Below, in pieces: positions 58,357-64,000 of a stretch of DNA of 64,000 bases (its first letter is position 1; every line of letters begins with the position of its first letter). This DNA comes from an uncultured Acidobacteriota bacterium. Lineage in GTDB: Bacteria; Acidobacteriota; UBA6911; RPQK01; JAPXNP01. The notes under the pieces are model-generated. The model was not told the DNA's origin and ran no database searches. It saw only the letters and a program-made list of their open reading frames with translations. The DNA is taken from positions 32,001 through 96,000 of the forward strand of contig CAVZRV010000035.1 of assembly GCA_963777605.1 (NCBI GenBank), in the 5' to 3' direction. A program made the translations under genes and the position numbers.

Positions 58357-60622
58357 CTACAAGCCAAGAATAATTGAAGCACCAAGTCCGAGCAAATCAC
58401 TAGCAGACCTTAGTCTTCGCACTAGCAGCTCCCAACTCACCGATCTTAGGAAGTTGGGGTCCATAATCTTCTCAGCAATGAAGTTTAACAATTGCGTCGC
58501 CTCCGAAGTACTTATACGGCCGAACTCGATAACTATTTTTCGATTCCCTTTTATCCAACTCTCAGGGTGTACATCAGTGATTAACATGGAAGGATTTGCC
58601 GCTGGAGAGAGAAAATCTTTCAATCAAGTCAATCCTGCTCTCCTCACTTAAAGGAACCGCGATCACAGCCTTGTTGCCTCCACGCACAGCGATGTCCCTC
58701 ATTGAATTAAAGATCAGTTCTTCGATAGGCATACGACTTACTGCTCCAAGAACAACTGTCAAATAGAGGTCGACACCTGGCGAGATCTCACACGTATATC
58801 TCACTAATTCTCCCATCTACTAATTCCTTCCGAGAGAAGTTCCACTTCGACTGGAACTGCCTTTACAATTCCAGCTGTCAAATTATATTCTGGATACTTG
58901 CAGGATAGATAAAGGTGCATTCCATCATTGCAGTGCTGAAGGACATCTATCTCAATGTAGTCTCCTGCAATCTTCTTCATCGTCGTCGTATAATCGCTTG
59001 GCCAACTCACTATTCTGTAATCTTCAGCTATCTTTCGATGAAAATCACGCCAAACCTCATTATAAAGCCGAGGGTATTCTCAGTTCAGATGAAATTCATC
59101 TCCCAACCGAAGCTTTTTACAGAGAATTTGCTCCGTTTTCACACTACAGAGGTTTTTGACAAAATCGACAAATTTCCCCGCCACGCTACTTGTGACACAA
59201 CTGTTTACAAGAATCCATTCGAATTCACGTTCGCTATCGAAAAAGAGATTGTAAAGTTCAACAAGCGCCCTAGACATTAGCAGGTTGGCTTCATCCATAC
59301 TGTCTGTTATTTGTCTCAAACCTGACTCGAAAGAATCAACTAAGAGAGCTCGACATTGCTGTCCTCGAATCGAAGCATCCGTGAGGAAATACGTGAGAAC
59401 ACCCACCGGAATTCTCATACCAAAAGAAGTTATTCCTTCCAGAAATAGGTAGCCTGATGCCTCGTCCGCTAAAATTGCAATAGAAGATCGCTTCTCAGAC
59501 CCATAGGGCCCAAAGTTGCATGACAAAAGTGTACGATTGTCAAGGAGGTTCCTTCCTAGGCACAGAGATTCGGTTCGAACCTCAAGCTTTTTGATTCCAT
59601 AGGCCTGCATTGCGAGGAGCCGGACGAGTCCAGGATATGATCTGAGAGTCGCCTTCTCGTCTTCAACGTGTGCCTGTACCAGCTTGTCGACAAAGCGAGA
59701 AACCACTTTGCAGCTGTGACATCCGAGCAACGCCTCAAAGAACCTGTCCCATGATTTTGTATCGTCCGAAGTGAAGCCTATAGAATTCGCAATCTCGGAC
59801 CAAATTCTAAGGTCTTCAGCTTCAAGGTCGGCTTTCGGCATATCTTCATCTCTTGCCACCATTTGCCTCCACCCTGGCTTGGCCATTTCGCGTTGGAAGG
59901 ACTCCTTCTTGCGCGCTACGACCTCTCTCACTCGGCGAAGTGCCGTTTCGGCGTTACCGTTGTTGGAACTGGCAAATTCGGAAGACGCAAGGCATATGTC
60001 AAAAGTCGTCTTGGAACCATGAGCCTTTACGGAGTTCGCACGGTCCATCAGTCGACTCATGCAGGGCAGAGTCACGAGACTTGGAGGATCCCACATACCG
60101 AACGAGGCAAAGGGCATCAACCTCGACTGGATCGTGCACTTCGGAACCCCAAACGCCATCAGCCTCAAGACCTCTTTGATCTGGGCTCTTTCGTCTCCTG
60201 CGTAAGTGGGGGTTGGGAAGAGCCGATCTCGCCCGGCGTTCTCCCACAGAAGGCCTCTGGATGGAAATCGCCGCTATGAGTTGGGCTCTACTGTCAAATT
60301 TCTCGGGCTTCCAGGCTACGAAAAGATCCGCAACGATCAGGCTCATCACCATTGCCTGTAGGTACCCTTCCAATACATCTTGGGAAGAGAATCGTTCTTG
60401 AATGAGGTCCATCTTCCTCGGATCGAGCAGGTTGGACACATACTCCCGGTCTTCCGCCACCATGATCATCGAATCCGGCCAGATTCGCCGAGAGACTGGA
60501 TGCAGATGGTGGCTCCATCCAAGCGCAAGCCGCCGGGCAGAGTCGGTGAATGTCCTCGAAAGTGACCTAGCCGAGTCGGCGCGAGACCTGAGGCCAGTCC
60601 CTTGCGTCACGATGGGGTACAT
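58357..60622 (-). pseudogene. AT-richer block of overlapping unknown ORFs (possibly one frameshifted gene or a small operon)
   Basis: ORFs 59999-60622, 59080-60168, 58804-59010, 58574-58816 and 58357-58623 tile the minus strand; no recognised motif. Confidence 0.45.
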
Positions 60623-60866
60623 CCGCTTGCAGCTGGGCCGGGTTGGACTGGTACGCGGGAAGTAGCCAGCCGCACAGCGGGGGTGGTGCCGGCTCCCCGA
60701 GATGATGGAAGGAATCCGTCTCGCTGGAGTCTCCCCTGTTGGGCTTCCCTATGATACCTCGGGAAGTGTACCTGAATGTGTTATTACGATATTGATTGAC
60801 GGAAATGCAAAGTTGGAGCAGACTACCTTCTACACGGAACACCCAATCCAGCGAGGGAGATCGGAC

Positions 60867-62366
60867 ATGTCTTCACGGATTCGACTCGTACTTCTAATTT
60901 TAATTCTGGTTGTTTTCTTGAGTCCGGCATGGGGGCAGGGTCAGGCTCCTTTCGTGCCGGGGGAGGTTGCGGTTTACGCCACTCCCGACGAACTGCCCGG
61001 TCAGACCGTCGCGAAGTTCCTCCCTGCCGGTCGGATCACGGTCTTGAAGACGCAACCGGGACGGGAGTTCGGGCTGGCTCAACGCCTGCGAGAGAGCGGG
61101 TTCGTGGCCGGAGTCAATCTCCGAGCACAGGCGTTTCAGACAGCAGGTGCCGTTAACGACCCTCTCTATTCTCCTTACCAGTGGCATCTGGCTCACGTTC
61201 AGAGTGAGCAGGTCTGGCCGACAGCAATAGGTTCGGGCGCTAAGGTCGCGGTCTTGGATACCGGGTTGGCAACCAACGGTTCGAGAGATGGTATCGGCTG
61301 CGTTGTTGCGGGGTACGATTTCGTCAACGGCGATAATGATCCGGTGGATGGCGACGGTCACGGAACCCATGTTTCGGGAACGATTGCTCAAGCGACCAAC
61401 AACCATACGGGTGTGGCCGGGCTGGCCTACGGTTCTTGTATCATGCCGGTCAAAGTCCTCGACGATTCCGGATCCGGGTCGTTCTCCGACATCGCAGCTG
61501 GGATCTACTGGGCGGTTGACGCCGGTGCCAACGTCATCAACATGAGCCTCGGGATCAATGCCCGATTTGGCATCACCAGCGATCCCATCATGAACCCGGC
61601 TCTGGACTATGCATACGCGCATGATGTCACCGTGGTCTGCGCCTCAGGTAATGACGGAAGCCGCAAGAACGTGAGCTATCCTGCTAGTTACAATACGACG
61701 ATCGCGGTGGGAGCCACGGACTATGCCAATCAGGTGACCCGTTATTCCAACAAGGGTACTGGACTCGATCTGGTTGCTCCCGGAGGAGACAGTGCCGACC
61801 TAAACGGTGACGGTTACATGGATGGAGTCCTTCAGGAGACTTTCGGGACCGGAGGTTGGGGGTACTACTTCTTCACTGGAACTTCGATGGCGTCTCCCCA
61901 TGTCGCAGCGGCGGCGGCGATTCTAATCGGTGCAGGAAGTGCAACCACTCCGGACGAGGTCTACTCGGCCCTGACCGGCAGTGCTCTCGACCTCGGTGTT
62001 CCCGGTTACGATTCCACTTCCGGCTACGGACTCTTGCAGGTTTTCGACGCTCTTGGAGGAGTCGGTCCAATCGACGCAGATGGCGACGGCTTCATCCCGC
62101 CTGACGACTGCAATGAGGGCGATCCATCCATCAATCCCGGTGCGTCGGAGATCTGTGGCGATTTCGTGGACAATAACTGCGACGGGGTGATCGACGAAGG
62201 CTGCGCTGTCGGGGGCTGTACCGATCAGGACGGAGACGGCTGGTGTGTCGAGGATGGAGACTGCAATGACGCCGACCCACAAGTCTATCCCGGTCATCAG
62301 GACTCGAAGGGGCGCTGGGGCAGAGACGGCGTTGACAACGACTGCAACGGAATCATCGACGGATAG
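60867..62366 (+). CDS. S8 subtilisin-like protease with two C-terminal Cys/Asp-rich (MopE-like) motifs
   Basis: Signal peptide; VLDTG, HGTHVSG, SGNDG, GTSMASPHVA; DADGDG..DC..D..I.PGA.E.C...DNNCDG.IDE. Confidence 0.93.
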   Translation: MSSRIRLVLLILILVVFLSPAWGQGQAPFVPGEVAVYATPDELPGQTVAKFLPAGRITVLKTQPGREFGLAQRLRESGFVAGVNLRAQAFQTAGAVNDPLYSPYQWHLAHVQSEQVWPTAIGSGAKVAVLDTGLATNGSRDGIGCVVAGYDFVNGDNDPVDGDGHGTHVSGTIAQATNNHTGVAGLAYGSCIMPVKVLDDSGSGSFSDIAAGIYWAVDAGANVINMSLGINARFGITSDPIMNPALDYAYAHDVTVVCASGNDGSRKNVSYPASYNTTIAVGATDYANQVTRYSNKGTGLDLVAPGGDSADLNGDGYMDGVLQETFGTGGWGYYFFTGTSMASPHVAAAAAILIGAGSATTPDEVYSALTGSALDLGVPGYDSTSGYGLLQVFDALGGVGPIDADGDGFIPPDDCNEGDPSINPGASEICGDFVDNNCDGVIDEGCAVGGCTDQDGDGWCVEDGDCNDADPQVYPGHQDSKGRWGRDGVDNDCNGIIDG

Positions 62367-62568
62367 CGATGGGCTGGGCGTCTTCGAAGGTAAAGCCGGC
62401 TGTAGTTAGCGGCAGTGCCTTCCAGTAAAAGGGTTCCGAGTTAGTTCCGTTCGAGATGGTAAGAAGTGGTAAATTCTGGTAATCCGACCTGTCCGCGGTT
62501 TCCCGATAAATCATTGTTTTGTTGAGCTTTGTTAAGTTTTGGTAACCCTCCGAGCTTGAACTTACAAA

Positions 62569-62605
62569 CCGGAGGTCGCGAGTTCGAGTCTCGTCGGCCC
62601 CGCCA
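62569..62605 (+). other. 3' fragment of tRNA-Asp-like gene: att core
   Basis: ccggaggtcgcgagttcgagtctcgtcggccccgcca (T-arm, acceptor strand, G discriminator, CCA); preceded by gttccg x2 and 10-bp phased tggtaa repeats. Confidence 0.75.
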
Positions 62606-62677
62606 ACGGCGGTAGAGTTCAGTTTGTCTGGGGAAGCAGCAAAAACCGAATACATCCGGATCTACAGACAGCAAGTT

Positions 62678-63190
62678 CTACAGGTTCAAACTGAATTCCG
62701 TCAACTGGACACTGCTTTTATCAAGATACATTCTCGTGTAAGCCCTCTTGATCACCAACTTTGCCTGCACAATTCCTTTCGCCCTCATTCCTCCGACAAC
62801 CTTCTTCTCCGGTAGGAGAGCCTCGATTGACTTCTTACCCGCATCACAGCACAGGGTAACGACGGTTTGGAAGTCGCGGCACTTGTCCCTGATTCTTTGC
62901 CGATTGCGCTCATCCAGAATGCACAAGTTCACCATTGGGTACTTGCCGACCCATGAGTCTGCGGTGATCTCCTTCTCGCGAAGCAGGCTCTTCAACCGCT
63001 CAATTTCTTCACCCATCGCAACGGCCCTGAAACCCGTCGGAGCCAGCTTGAGTGCAGGCGCACCCTGAGGTGATTTCTGAAGATGAAGACTCATGTTCGC
63101 ACAGACCGGACAGCCGAGCAGGAAGACATGGCTTTCTCCTCGAAGGTCATTGAGGACGTCTGAGTCGGAGCGTGATTCACAATAGATCAT
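62678..63190 (-). CDS. Cys-rich protein resembling the MetV/MTHFR-associated subunit N-terminal region
   Basis: VFLLGCPVCAN, NLC, VVTLCCDAG spacing. Confidence 0.45.
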   Translation of the reverse strand: MIYCESRSDSDVLNDLRGESHVFLLGCPVCANMSLHLQKSPQGAPALKLAPTGFRAVAMGEEIERLKSLLREKEITADSWVGKYPMVNLCILDERNRQRIRDKCRDFQTVVTLCCDAGKKSIEALLPEKKVVGGMRAKGIVQAKLVIKRAYTRMYLDKSSVQLTEFSLNL

Positions 63191-63286
63191 ATGGCCCTCT
63201 TTCGCGGTGACCGCCTTATACAGTTAGGAACACGATCCCGTGCCGAACCACACCGCCTTTATCCGGGCGGGAGGTGATTCATCGCG

Positions 63287-63676
63287 TCACGCGGTGGCCG
63301 GGGGCTTCCCGACGAGCGAGTAGCCGTAGCCGGTCACGAACCCGACGTGCAGAGCGTAAATCAGTGCGAGCATTACGGTGAACGGAATCCCGTACACGAG
63401 ATTCAGAGCCAACTTGTACAGGATCAACAGGATGTAGAGAGTCACCAAGGAAACAACCACGGCCCTTCTGGCCTCAGATTCCTCGGCATTTCTGACCAAG
63501 AGTGTGAGCAGGGCTTTGAATAGGACGAATATGCCCAAAGCCCGGGCGATCAAGAAGGAATCGCCGGCTGACTCAAAACCGATCAGTGAACTGCAGAGAT
63601 TCGGGAAGAATACAAAGCCAGCCCCAAACAAGAACGCATACACAGAGTTGACGGTAAAGACTGTCTTCAACCGCAT
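63287..63676 (-). CDS. Four-TM hypothetical membrane protein
   Basis: GGAGG RBS, four hydrophobic segments. Confidence 0.7.
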   Translation of the reverse strand: MRLKTVFTVNSVYAFLFGAGFVFFPNLCSSLIGFESAGDSFLIARALGIFVLFKALLTLLVRNAEESEARRAVVVSLVTLYILLILYKLALNLVYGIPFTVMLALIYALHVGFVTGYGYSLVGKPPATA

Positions 63677-64000
63677 CTGGACACCTCCTCGACGGCCGGA
63701 ACGAACAGTCTGATCAATAACCTGCGGCTACCTGCCGTCGTGGTCTTCAACCGATCTGGCGGGAGGTGCCGCCGGCACCCAACCTTAGCGCAGCCCTTGA
63801 TCTAATTACCATGCTATGCCGTCCCATCGGGAGTGGCAACCCGGAGCCCTCTTGCAGGAACTCCCGATATACGCGAGCGCTGCGCTCGAACTTGTTGCTG
63901 TTCGGGTCCGCATCCATCGCGAAGTGCGGCCGGAGCTCCTCGCGAGTGAAGGGGAGGTAGTTCGGGTCGATCATGGCAGGAAGCCTAATTGGGAGGCTGC

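Noticed and set aside
55314-62605. Functional tRNA genes at 55314 and 62569
   Set aside because: 5' acceptor strand and D-arm are absent; att fragments only
62561-62605. tRNA-Val(UAC) call from cttacaa
   Set aside because: Acceptor strand and G discriminator fit tRNA-Asp; the anticodon-like bases probably lie outside the duplicated core
63747-64000. Further cassette: ORF 63747-63974 preceded by ATTAGGC on the minus strand
   Set aside because: The putative attC is cut by the window edge and cannot be evaluated

Overview
A 64-kb accessory-genome region, probably from an Acidobacteriota-like GC-rich bacterium (inferred from DUF4760, SYLF and the VirB gene style). It has no housekeeping core and no integrase. 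Left part: a conjugative leading-region-like array (ardC plus three copies of a small putative ssDNA-binding gene; ardC and two of the copies sit behind a shared hairpin upstream repeat). This is interleaved with cargo (TetR/hydrolase, AbiE toxin-antitoxin), two IS21 elements, an integrase-less attC cassette cluster, and an ECF sigma gene disrupted by an unusual DDE element that also left a 48-bp ends-only derivative at 55473. Middle: czcCBA-PII efflux operon, serine hydrolases and an amidohydrolase. 38.9-55.0 kb: a compact, heavily frameshifted conjugative replicon (7 iterons, RepA, VirB2/3/4/9/10/5/6/8, Replic_Relax/MOBC-like relaxase candidate, large inverted-repeat oriT candidate, coupling protein, VirB11, RepB-type primase). 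tRNA-Pro, -Arg (x2) and -Asp fragments, mostly with arm-like repeats, mark att-type junctions. All family assignments come from motif recognition by eye, not database searches.
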